Source of the DNA: Candidatus Omnitrophota bacterium
GTDB lineage: Bacteria; Omnitrophota; Gorgyraeia; Zapsychrales; Zapsychraceae
NCBI GenBank assembly: GCA_035292445.1
Contig: DATDQB010000001.1
Location: 71,530-135,529, forward strand
DNA: 64,000 nucleotides
Direction of reading: 5' to 3'
This document shows, piece after piece, positions 10,211 through 18,506 of the stretch. The first letter of the stretch is position 1. The number at the start of each line of letters is the position of its first letter. The position numbers and the translations under genes were made by a program. The notes under the pieces were generated by a model. It was not told the DNA's origin. It did no database searches and was given only the letters and a program-made list of their open reading frames with translations.

Positions 10211-12366
10211 TGAGGCTTTGAGCTTAATTCGGCTTCGGCTTGTTTCTTGCTTAGATTCATCCTTTTCATTTGATCAATTTCAACCAATTTAACCTTGAAC
10301 GTATCACCGACTTTAACAACACTGTTCACATCTTTAACGTACTGGTCGGACAATTCGGAAACATGGACCAGCCCCTGCCTGCCGGGCAGGAATTCACAAA
10401 AAGCGCCGAAGTTGGCGACCTTCATAACGGTCGCGTCATAAATCCTGCCGACGATTGGCTCCTCGGCAAAACCCTGAACGTATTTTAACGCCCTCTCAGC
10501 CGCGTCTTTATCTATGGCAGAGATGAAAACCATTCCATCGTCTTCGATATCGATGGATTCGGCTCCCGTTTGCTCCATGATCTTCTTGATCGTCTTTCCT
10601 CCCGGGCCGATAACTTCCCCGATCTTCTCGACCGGAATCCGCACCGTCAAAATACGCGGGGCGTACTGGGAGATCTCAGGCTTAGGCTCAGCGATAACCG
10701 CTTTCATGTTATCCAAAATCTTAAGCCGCGCCTCCTTGGCCTGCTGAATGCCTTCTGAGAGGATCTTAATGGAAACTCCCTTGATTTTCAGATCCAGCTG
10801 AATGGCGGTGACGCCATTTTTTGAGCCGGCAATCTTAAAATCCATATCGCCAAAATGATCTTCCAATCCCATAATATCCGTCAATAAAGAATATTGGCTC
10901 GGCTTCTTCCCTACGATCAAACCAATGGAAATCCCGGCAACCGGGCTGGTAATGGGTACACCGGCGTCCATCAAACTCAAACACCCGGCGCATACCGAGG
11001 CCATGCTGGATGAACCGTTGGATTCTAAGATTTCGGAAACGACACGCACGGTATAAGGAAAATCTTCTTTTTTGGGAAGCACTCCCTTAAGGGCCTTGGC
11101 GGCTAATGCCCCGTGGCCGATTTCCCGGCGGCCCGGGCCGCGTGAAGGCCTGGCTTCGCCCACACTAAAGGCGGGGAAATTGTAATGGAGCATGAAATTG
11201 TGGTAATCCACCCCTTCCAATGATTCGACCAACAACTCATCGCGTTTGGTGCCCAGAGTGACAACGGCCAGACTCTGCGTTTGCCCGCGCGTGAACAGGC
11301 TGGAGCCGTGGGTGCGGGGAAGAATGCTGATTTCAGAACTGACCGGGCGAATATCTTTAGGGCCTCGGCCGTCGGCGCGCAAATGCTTTTCAAAAACCAT
11401 ATCGCGCACGATATCATATTCGATCTGGTCAAACATGGTCTTGATGTGCGCCTCGCTGACGTCGCGTTCGCCGACCTTAAATTCCTCAAACACGCTCATG
11501 TCGCTTAACACTTCTTCCACCAATTCGTGCAGCGCGTTCTCCCGCTCTGTCTTATCTTCAATCTGGTAAATTTCCGTAAGGCGGTCCGAAACCAACTCGG
11601 CGATCTTTCCCTTAAGGCCTGGATGAGGTTGGAATAATTCGACTTCGACCTTTTCCTTTCCGGCTTTTTCGCGGAATTTCTTCTGCTGTTCGATAAGCGG
11701 CTGGATGTGCTTGTGGGCAAGCTCCAATGCCTCGACAATCTTGACTTCAGGGACTTCTTTGGACTCCCCTTCGATCATCACAATATTTTCATTGAGGCCC
11801 ACGACGACCAAATCCATCTGGCATTGTTCTCGCTGGGCATAGGTAGGATTAAGGATGAATTCATCGTTGAGTAACCCAATGCGCACCGCTCCTATGGGAC
11901 CGTCAAAAGGAATGTCCGAAATGTGCAACGCGGCGGAAGCCCCTATAATTGCCAAAATATCAGGATCATTTTCGCCATCACTGCTGAGGACGGTTGCCGT
12001 AACAACCAATTCTGTCAAGAATCCTTCTGGGAATAAAGGCCTGATAGGCCTGTCAATGACACGGGAGGTCAGGATTTCTTTTTGGGTAGGGCGGCCTTCA
12101 CGCTTAAAGAATCCTCCGGGGATGCGGCCGGCGGCATAGGTCTTCTCATAATATTCGACCGTTAGCGGGAAAAACTCAGCATTCTCTTTGGCCTTTTTGG
12201 CCATACAGGCCGCGACCAAAACGGTGGTACCGCCGCAGCTGACAGTCACCGATCCGTTGGCCTGCTTGGCTAACTTTCCGGATTCTAAAATAAGCTGTTG
12301 GGCTCCAAAAGGTATTTCAATATGGACTGATTTCATAGCTGTCTCCTGACTATTTGCGAAGATCAA
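10207..12366 (-). CDS. pnp: Polyribonucleotide nucleotidyltransferase (PNPase)
   Basis: Two RNase PH domains, a KH domain and an S1 domain. It lies immediately downstream of rpsO in the conserved rpsO-pnp arrangement. Confidence 0.95.
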   Translation of the reverse strand: MIFANSQETAMKSVHIEIPFGAQQLILESGKLAKQANGSVTVSCGGTTVLVAACMAKKAKENAEFFPLTVEYYEKTYAAGRIPGGFFKREGRPTQKEILTSRVIDRPIRPLFPEGFLTELVVTATVLSSDGENDPDILAIIGASAALHISDIPFDGPIGAVRIGLLNDEFILNPTYAQREQCQMDLVVVGLNENIVMIEGESKEVPEVKIVEALELAHKHIQPLIEQQKKFREKAGKEKVEVELFQPHPGLKGKIAELVSDRLTEIYQIEDKTERENALHELVEEVLSDMSVFEEFKVGERDVSEAHIKTMFDQIEYDIVRDMVFEKHLRADGRGPKDIRPVSSEISILPRTHGSSLFTRGQTQSLAVVTLGTKRDELLVESLEGVDYHNFMLHYNFPAFSVGEARPSRGPGRREIGHGALAAKALKGVLPKKEDFPYTVRVVSEILESNGSSSMASVCAGCLSLMDAGVPITSPVAGISIGLIVGKKPSQYSLLTDIMGLEDHFGDMDFKIAGSKNGVTAIQLDLKIKGVSIKILSEGIQQAKEARLKILDNMKAVIAEPKPEISQYAPRILTVRIPVEKIGEVIGPGGKTIKKIMEQTGAESIDIEDDGMVFISAIDKDAAERALKYVQGFAEEPIVGRIYDATVMKVANFGAFCEFLPGRQGLVHVSELSDQYVKDVNSVVKVGDTFKVKLVEIDQMKRMNLSKKQAEAELSSKPQ

Positions 12367-12619
12367 GTTTATTGATCGTCTCTTGATATTTTTTAGGGTC
12401 TGTCTTTTGGAGGTAGGAAAGTAAACGCCTGCGTTTACCGATCATCATCAGGAGCCCGCGCCGGGAATGAAAGTCCTTTTTATGGGCCTTGAAATGCTCC
12501 GTAAGATAGTTAATCCTTTCCGTCAAAAGAGCGATTTGGACAACGGACGAGCCGGTGTCCTTGGGGTGTATCTTGAAATTCTCGATGACCTGCGTTTTCT
12601 TGGATTGAATTAATACCAC
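12350..12619 (-). CDS. rpsO: 30S ribosomal protein S15
   Basis: [37 protein letters not shown] matches the S15 signature. It has a GTG start with an AAGGAG Shine-Dalgarno. Confidence 0.95.
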   Translation of the reverse strand: MVLIQSKKTQVIENFKIHPKDTGSSVVQIALLTERINYLTEHFKAHKKDFHSRRGLLMMIGKRRRLLSYLQKTDPKKYQETINKLDLRK

Positions 12620-12745
12620 TTTTTCTTCTCCTTTTTTCTTTTTCTGCCAGTGGGATTATCATAACCGCTTCATGCGAAAGAAGTTTCAACATGAGGCAGT
12701 CCCGGTTAGCCTCTAACCGACCGATATCCCTCAGCTAAGGGTCGC

Positions 12746-12774
12746 ATTATACTATTACTATATATTATAGTCAA
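12746..12774 (-). promoter_or_regulatory. Sigma-70-type promoter for rpsO: TTGACT-N17-TATAAT, followed by a ~125-nt structured leader
   Basis: On the minus strand, TTGACT (12769-12774) and TATAAT (12746-12751) are separated by 17 nt. The leader contains the perfect hairpin CGGTTAG-agg-CTAACCG. Confidence 0.5.
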
Positions 12775-12821
12775 GATATTAAAGTTACGGCGCCTTTGAA
12801 TTTATTGTTTTCTTCCCTATA

Positions 12822-13790
12822 TCATGGTTTTAAAGGCAGTAGATTATCCCTGGAGAAATTCCCGCCATTTTTGGGCTTGCTTTCATTAAGCGTCTGCCCC
12901 TGCCGCAGTTTCTCATACAATTTTAAGTAGTTCTGTGTCATATGTTTAACCGTAAACTGGCGGCACACATACTCATGGCAGCGTTTGGGATCGAAGCGAT
13001 GAAGATTTCTGACAGCCTCCATCATTTCGTTGACCGATAAGCTTAAAAAGCCGACTTCTTTGGGCACCAACTCCGGCAAAGAGCCGTAAGGGCTTCCTAT
13101 CACGGGGCAGCCGAAATAGAGGGCCTCAATAATCGCGATCCCAAAGGGCTCATGCCAACGTACCGGGAAAAGAAGCGCCTTTGATTGCTGGAGGGCTTTA
13201 TTTTTCTGTTCTCCAGCGAGAAAATCCATATAGCGGGCCCACGGCCGCCGGCGGTACCATTTATCTTTACCGCCCACCACCGCCAGAATACTTTTGGTCT
13301 GGCGGGCTATCCTCAAGCAGTCTTTTAGGTTCTTCTCCGGGCGTTTGGCGTATCCCAAAAAAAGCAAGTAAGGGCGCTGCGCCTCAAAATCGACGGGGCC
13401 GTACTCCTGCGGATCGATGCCATTATAAACAAACGTACTCGAGGCGTTGCGCCGCGCCTGGTCCTTGGAAACAAAGACCGTGTTGATATCGAACTCGCTG
13501 TCGGGATGAAAATTGTATTGGTGCATCATCAGATACGGTTTTTTGATTTTCTCCTTCGACTGAAAGCATAAATGGACAACATCGGTATCATCCGGGATTT
13601 GATCATTCACAAATTTTTGGGGGTCATAAATTTGGACTTTAGCAAAAGGACAATGCGACCCCTCCCCCGCCAAATAGCACACCTCATGGCCCAGGCGCAC
13701 CAATTCTTTTCCCAGCCACCAAATGATCCGCTCCACCCCGCCATAGTCTTTAACAGGAATCGCCGTGTTATTAACAATCAGTATCTTCAT
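12822..13790 (-). CDS. Glycosyltransferase family 4 (GT-B, RfaG-like)
   Basis: C-terminal GT4 motif EPFGIAIIEALYFGCPVIGSPYGSLPELV. Confidence 0.75.
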   Translation of the reverse strand: MKILIVNNTAIPVKDYGGVERIIWWLGKELVRLGHEVCYLAGEGSHCPFAKVQIYDPQKFVNDQIPDDTDVVHLCFQSKEKIKKPYLMMHQYNFHPDSEFDINTVFVSKDQARRNASSTFVYNGIDPQEYGPVDFEAQRPYLLFLGYAKRPEKNLKDCLRIARQTKSILAVVGGKDKWYRRRPWARYMDFLAGEQKNKALQQSKALLFPVRWHEPFGIAIIEALYFGCPVIGSPYGSLPELVPKEVGFLSLSVNEMMEAVRNLHRFDPKRCHEYVCRQFTVKHMTQNYLKLYEKLRQGQTLNESKPKNGGNFSRDNLLPLKP

Positions 13791-14227
13791 TCTTGGGGAG
13801 TTGCCGGTTCCGCGGAGGATACTTCAACCGTCTTGATTTTATTAGGATCGATACTCTTAAGGACGTCGGAATCGATGTGGGAAGAACCTAAAAGTGTTTG
13901 GGCCATTTGAAGGAGCATCATGAGTTCCTCCTTATCTCCTTCGATATAATATTGGGGCCAACGGGTCTGCTCAATAACGCCACGCAATTCTTCTTCGGTA
14001 AAACCCTTCAACCGCTGTGCAATAACCTCCTCCCAGACCAGACGAAAGAGATGCTCTTTATCGGAGGCTTTCTCGACGGCCTCTTGAATGACCGATTTAA
14101 GCTGTTTTAATTGATAAAAACGGAGAGAATCGATCTTCTTCCCACCGACATAAATCTCGATCTCTTTGGGAGTGCCGCGTCCGCTCTTCGCCTCATCGGC
14201 ATAGGAGGGCCCTGCAAAAAGCAACAC
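13787..14227 (-). CDS. Hypothetical secreted protein; true start probably upstream (~14264)
   Basis: The in-frame upstream extension reads KYRRFYLFSVFVLLFAGPSYA|DEA, a classic signal peptide. No ATG/GTG/TTG precedes it. Confidence 0.5.
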   Translation of the reverse strand: MLLFAGPSYADEAKSGRGTPKEIEIYVGGKKIDSLRFYQLKQLKSVIQEAVEKASDKEHLFRLVWEEVIAQRLKGFTEEELRGVIEQTRWPQYYIEGDKEELMMLLQMAQTLLGSSHIDSDVLKSIDPNKIKTVEVSSAEPATPQE

Positions 14228-14280
14228 AAAAACAGAAAAAAGATAAAAACGCCTATATTTAATTATTGGGAAGCCTTTGA

Positions 14281-14601
14281 TTATTCAGTTCTTTTGATCA
14301 AGACCCTTACCGCCCTTTGGTCTTTTTCCAATTTTTCGACATCTCCGACTAATTTCTTTAATTGAGCAGCCGGCCTTTTGGTCTTATGGGATCTTACATA
14401 TTCCTTACCGATATCATGATACAATCGTTCAATTTTCAGGCTCATGGCCGTTGCATCCAAATGCAACTTCCCCTTTCTTGAGAACTTAACGACCTCTTCC
14501 TCCCCTTTTTTGGCCAAGACAACCGCCTCTTGACTGAATTTCTGTAATTGTTTTTTAGTTTTTTCCCATTCCTTTTTGAAATCAAACTGTCTATTCATCA
14601 C
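14281..14601 (-). CDS. Hypothetical coiled-coil protein (106 aa)
   Basis: The ORF is charged and Lys-rich with no recognisable motif. Confidence 0.4.
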   Translation of the reverse strand: MMNRQFDFKKEWEKTKKQLQKFSQEAVVLAKKGEEEVVKFSRKGKLHLDATAMSLKIERLYHDIGKEYVRSHKTKRPAAQLKKLVGDVEKLEKDQRAVRVLIKRTE

Positions 14602-14699
14602 CAGCCTCCTCTATGCCTTTTGATTATTGGTATACTCCTAATTAGTGTCCATTATATCAATCTCTCGACAATCTGCGCAACATCTAAATTGGAAGTTAT

Positions 14700-14990
14700 G
14701 TGATTATCGAAAAGGCTGTTGAAGGGCTTGCGTGTTCATTCTATAATAAAGGCATCATGAAAGACGCGATTATTCTTTCCTTACTGTTTTGTGCCGTGGC
14801 TGTGCTTCTGTTTTTTGGGGCCGTTTTTCTGTTCAAAAAGTCCATCAAGTCCACCCCCAAGATCGAAAGCAACGAAGAATACCAACAGATGATGACCGAT
14901 CAGCGCTGGCGCATGCAGGATATCCAACAAAGGCAGAAAGATTCCATGCGGGACCAACAGCAAAGAATCCGCGATCTGCAGCGGCGTTAA
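14700..14990 (+). CDS. Small single-pass membrane protein with a Gln/Arg-rich C-terminus; likely start at ATG 14757
   Basis: It has one TM helix (AIILSLLFCAVAVLLFFGAVFLF), and AAGG lies upstream of the internal ATG. Confidence 0.35.
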   Translation: MIIEKAVEGLACSFYNKGIMKDAIILSLLFCAVAVLLFFGAVFLFKKSIKSTPKIESNEEYQQMMTDQRWRMQDIQQRQKDSMRDQQQRIRDLQRR

Positions 14991-15008
14991 TAGATTTTCC
15001 TGTTCTGT

Positions 15009-15461
15009 CTAAGTGTGCTCGGTGGCGGCCAAAATCCGGCGGGTCATTTCTTCTTCATAAAGCCGGCGGATCGCATCCAGTTCTTTTTTACCAAGAAAAA
15101 CGACGATAGCCTTTTCAAGTGCGCCAAAACGGTTCTTCAGGTATTGATACTGCGGGTCTAAGCGGGTGCGCTTCCCATCAAGGAATTTCTTTTTAAGAAC
15201 ATTTCTCCTCTTCTCTTCCATATATTCCTCAAACTGACCCACTAACATGCGATACGGCTGGGCATTAGCGCCACTTTTATAATCCGCCGTTTTCTTCAAG
15301 CTATCTAAAACAAACGCATCGACTTCCAATTGGGTAAAATAACGGTCGATGTGGTCTAAATCTTCCTTGGTCATTTTATAGCACCAGATAAGGTAGCGTC
15401 GGATCAAATCCTTTTCTCTTTGGGGCTTTACTCTTGATTTCGCCATAGAAGACATTACCAA
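15009..15461 (-). CDS. Hypothetical protein (150 aa)
   Basis: The ORF has no recognisable motif and is operonic with the Flp pilin gene. Confidence 0.4.
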   Translation of the reverse strand: MVMSSMAKSRVKPQREKDLIRRYLIWCYKMTKEDLDHIDRYFTQLEVDAFVLDSLKKTADYKSGANAQPYRMLVGQFEEYMEEKRRNVLKKKFLDGKRTRLDPQYQYLKNRFGALEKAIVVFLGKKELDAIRRLYEEEMTRRILAATEHT

Positions 15462-15649
15462 GTGCTATTGACGATATTTTCCAGACCAGTGATGGAAAGA
15501 TCAAGCGACTGGTCAATCGACTGGGTCAGGAATCCGCCGGGGGCTAGCGCCGCCCAAATAGCCAAAATGACACAGACAAATAAGAGAATATACTCGATGG
15601 CGTTCTGTCCTTTTCTATTTTGCAGCATGATATCACAACCTCTCGTCAC
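15455..15649 (-). CDS. flp: Flp/Fap family type IVb pilin (probable start at ATG 15628)
   Basis: The Flp motif KGQNAIEYILLFVCVILAIWAAL (G-Q-x-x-I/V-E-Y followed by a hydrophobic helix) is present. Mature length is 57 aa. Confidence 0.75.
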   Translation of the reverse strand: MTRGCDIMLQNRKGQNAIEYILLFVCVILAIWAALAPGGFLTQSIDQSLDLSITGLENIVNSTW

Positions 15650-15692
15650 ACATTAAAACTATAACACATCGGCTTTTGATCGCCTAACTTTT

Positions 15693-16115
15693 TTATGACA
15701 GAAGGAACACCTCATCCCCTTCTTTGGCTTTTTTATCGACCTTTAAACCGACCAACTGCCCCTTCCTGGCTGCCGGCACATCAACGCTTTCGATTTGAAT
15801 GGAACGGATTTTCTGTTTAAAATTTGTCGTTTTTCCTTTGATATGAACCTGGTTCCCTACCCTCAACGGGCCTTTAAGTTTAACAACCACCACCTGAATA
15901 CGGGAAAAGAAATGAGTGACCTTGCCCACACACACAGGCTTAGGTTGCACCTCCGAAACCTTCTTTGGTCTCTTGGTTATCCTTTTACTTTTGGAAGCAG
16001 CTTTTTTTGGGCGAGCAGTATTTTTACGCTTTGACTTTCTTTTTCGCCTTAAACCTTTTTGCTTTTTCTTAAGATATTTGATAGTGGCTGAAAGAAGATG
16101 ATCCAATATCGGCAT
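15693..16115 (-). CDS. Hypothetical protein: Lys/Arg-rich N-terminus plus a C-terminal beta-barrel domain resembling an elongation-factor domain-2-like fold
   Basis: The N-terminus is KKKQKGLRRKRKSKRKNTARPKKAASKSKRITKRPKK. The C-terminal ~80 aa show alternating hydrophobic beta-strand pattern. Confidence 0.45.
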   Translation of the reverse strand: MPILDHLLSATIKYLKKKQKGLRRKRKSKRKNTARPKKAASKSKRITKRPKKVSEVQPKPVCVGKVTHFFSRIQVVVVKLKGPLRVGNQVHIKGKTTNFKQKIRSIQIESVDVPAARKGQLVGLKVDKKAKEGDEVFLLS

Positions 16116-16138
16116 GGGAGGCCTGGTTAAGGGTAAGT

Positions 16139-16465
16139 TTATAAAGTGATTTTATCGGCTATATCGGCAATGATCGGCAACCGGACGTACTCGCTCTGCA
16201 ATACCTTGATGATGCCAACCAAAGAAAAAATACCCGCAATAAACATGCCCAACCTTAAAAACCATTGCCCCAGGATGATATGGACGATGAAAACGCCCAC
16301 TTCCCCCACAAAAAGGACAAGGCCTTGTTTGCCGTGGCTCAAGACAAACGGGTTTTCCTTCTTTAAAACGAGGGGAAGGATACAAAAGATGGAAAGATAG
16401 GAAAGGATGGCGAAAACCTTTCCTTCGATAATCTGTGAATCCTCACTCGCTCGCCTTCTGTTCAT
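16139..16465 (-). CDS. DUF4870-family small membrane protein
   Basis: AILSYLSIFCILPLVL...HGKQGLVLFV is the typical DUF4870 pattern. It overlaps the ParA-fusion gene by 23 nt. Confidence 0.5.
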   Translation of the reverse strand: MNRRRASEDSQIIEGKVFAILSYLSIFCILPLVLKKENPFVLSHGKQGLVLFVGEVGVFIVHIILGQWFLRLGMFIAGIFSLVGIIKVLQSEYVRLPIIADIADKITL

Positions 16466-17615
16466 TGCCCATGACCTCGATCAGCGAGTTGATATCACCG
16501 AAAGAATTGCGTTCTTTTTGGGGGTTATTGGGGTCTTCTTTCCAGACCCCGTCGATGATAAACTGGTATTTATAGACGCCGGGTTTAAGAGGCATGTCGA
16601 TTTCCCAGCGGCCGGATTCTTTGGCTTCCTTTAACCGGCAAGATTCATCCAGCGCCCAGTCGTTAAAACTTCCGGTGACATAAGCGGACTTTGCCCCGGG
16701 GGCTTCGATAAAGAAGCGTATGGGGATAAGGGACTCCGCCTCTTTCTTGATCAGCTTCTCCATTTTGGGGGAGAACTGGTGCGCCGCTTCTTTTTCTTTC
16801 GCAGTCTTTACTTCTTTAAATGCCTGCTCTTCCTCAAGCGTTGCTTGACCCTCCTCTTTCTTCTCGAGAAAAAGGATCTCTTTGGCCAACGTGAAATAAT
16901 CTTTTGAACCCCGGCAATACTTATCATAGGAAGAAACGGGTTTCCCCATGACAGCTGCTTCTTTCAATTTGACATTAATATGCACGATTGTATCAAATAA
17001 CATATTCTTAAACCGTTCTTTAATTTTGGAAAGCATGGAAAAAGAATGGCGCAACCTGGAATCAAACATGGTCACCAAAACACGGCATTTGACTTCATGA
17101 TTAAGCCTATCGCGCACGAGATTGACGATGTCCAGCAGATGCTCCACCCCCTGCATGGAAAAACGGCTCATTTCGACCGGAACAAGGATCTCCTGGCTGA
17201 CGCGGATCGCGTTGACCGTGAGGATCCCCAAACTCGGCGGGCAATCGATCAAGATATAGTCATATTGGTCTTTGATATTCTGGAAAACAGAAACCAGTTT
17301 GAGCTCCCGGCCGATCTCATCGGAGAGCTCCTGCTCCAGCGTACCTACCAGAATGTTCGAAGGGACCACATCAAATTTATTTTCAATGCGTTTGATGATA
17401 TTCTCGATCTTGAGCTTGCGGGGAGTGAGATTGGAAATAACATTGTAAATGCTGTCTTGGCTTTCGATATCCAACCCCAAAGAAGCGTGAGCCTGAGGGT
17501 CCAAATCCACCAAAAGCACCTTTTTATCGTTTTCGCTTAAGGCCGCCGCCAGGTTGATCGCGGTCGTTGTTTTGCCGCAACCCCCCTTCTGATTGGCTAT
17601 TGATATGACTTTCAT
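16443..17615 (-). CDS. ParA/MinD-family ATPase fused to a C-terminal AMPK-beta/CBM48-type glycogen-binding domain
   Basis: The deviant Walker A ANQKGGCGKTTTAINLA and a ParA fold occupy ~250 aa. A charged linker leads to a C-terminal CBM48 domain. That domain aligns to the AMPK beta GBD consensus through WExDPNNP: FFIEAPGAKSAYVTGSFNDWALDE...GRWEIDMPLKPGVYKYQFIIDGVWKEDPNNP. Confidence 0.85.
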   Translation of the reverse strand: MKVISIANQKGGCGKTTTAINLAAALSENDKKVLLVDLDPQAHASLGLDIESQDSIYNVISNLTPRKLKIENIIKRIENKFDVVPSNILVGTLEQELSDEIGRELKLVSVFQNIKDQYDYILIDCPPSLGILTVNAIRVSQEILVPVEMSRFSMQGVEHLLDIVNLVRDRLNHEVKCRVLVTMFDSRLRHSFSMLSKIKERFKNMLFDTIVHINVKLKEAAVMGKPVSSYDKYCRGSKDYFTLAKEILFLEKKEEGQATLEEEQAFKEVKTAKEKEAAHQFSPKMEKLIKKEAESLIPIRFFIEAPGAKSAYVTGSFNDWALDESCRLKEAKESGRWEIDMPLKPGVYKYQFIIDGVWKEDPNNPQKERNSFGDINSLIEVMGNEQKASE

Positions 17616-17642
17616 GGTCCGTTCTCTTTAGAATAAATTTGA

Positions 17643-18230
17643 TTAACCGGATTGGGCGCTGGAAAACCGCACATGGTCGATCAAAACAACGCCTTTTTCC
17701 TTATTCACGTTCCACGATTCAAGGATAAAGGAGATGTCTTTGAGATTCGACCAATCCGAAATTTGTTTAAATTCGGCCAGTGGAATGGCAAATTCCTTCC
17801 AATTGTAACTGATGCCTTGCACATAATACGAGGCCATTTCATTCTTATCATTTTGAATAACGACTTTGACGATTCCCGGGTTGCCTTCCTCTTTGGCACG
17901 GATGGAAAACTGCAGCCAGCCGTATTGGGCGGCATCTATCTCGGGAACGGTTAAGGCGATCGTTTTGACCGGGGCGATGTCTTTCTTGAAATCATACGGC
18001 AGGAAAATGCGCCCGCTGTGCAAGGAATAGATGATTTTGCTCTCGAAAAACGAGGTTCGTTGCTTCAAAAAGGCCGTCAACCCGTAAAAAGCGCTGGCAA
18101 AGATGATGACGGTAATGAGTAAATTGATCAAAAGCCAGGCATTGAACTCGGACTTCGTTTTTTGATCGGCCTTTTTGCGCTTGCCCAGATACACTTGGGC
18201 CAGGTGGTCGTAAATTTCGTCTCTTGTCAT
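17643..18230 (-). CDS. Hypothetical membrane-anchored protein with an extracytoplasmic beta-rich domain
   Basis: It has a short cytoplasmic N-terminus and one TM helix (WLLINLLITVIIFASAFYGLTAF). The C-terminal ~140 aa domain is possibly carbohydrate-binding. Confidence 0.45.
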   Translation of the reverse strand: MTRDEIYDHLAQVYLGKRKKADQKTKSEFNAWLLINLLITVIIFASAFYGLTAFLKQRTSFFESKIIYSLHSGRIFLPYDFKKDIAPVKTIALTVPEIDAAQYGWLQFSIRAKEEGNPGIVKVVIQNDKNEMASYYVQGISYNWKEFAIPLAEFKQISDWSNLKDISFILESWNVNKEKGVVLIDHVRFSSAQSG

Positions 18231-18444
18231 ATATATAAAAGTTATTCAATCGTTAAGAAATAATCTGCCCACCGAAAGGTGATAAGATAAATTTTATATT
18301 AACAAATAATACTAGAATTGGAAATAGAATTTATACTTTTTATATATATATTTCAAAATATTGTCGACGAGAATGGTCAAAAATCAAAAAGGCGGGTAAA
18401 CAGTTGTCTCAATTCATTCTTAATTAGCTCATTTAAGCGCCCAT

Positions 18445-18481
18445 AAAAAAGCCCCTGCTACTTTTTTCAAGTAGCAGGGGC
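18445..18481 (-). terminator. Rho-independent terminator downstream of the outer-membrane protein gene
   Basis: A perfect 13-bp stem (GCCCCTGCTACTT / AAGTAGCAGGGGC) with a 5-nt loop is followed by a U6 run on the minus strand. Confidence 0.65.
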
Positions 18482-18506
18482 AAAGAACGTTAACTTTTGA
18501 CTTTGA

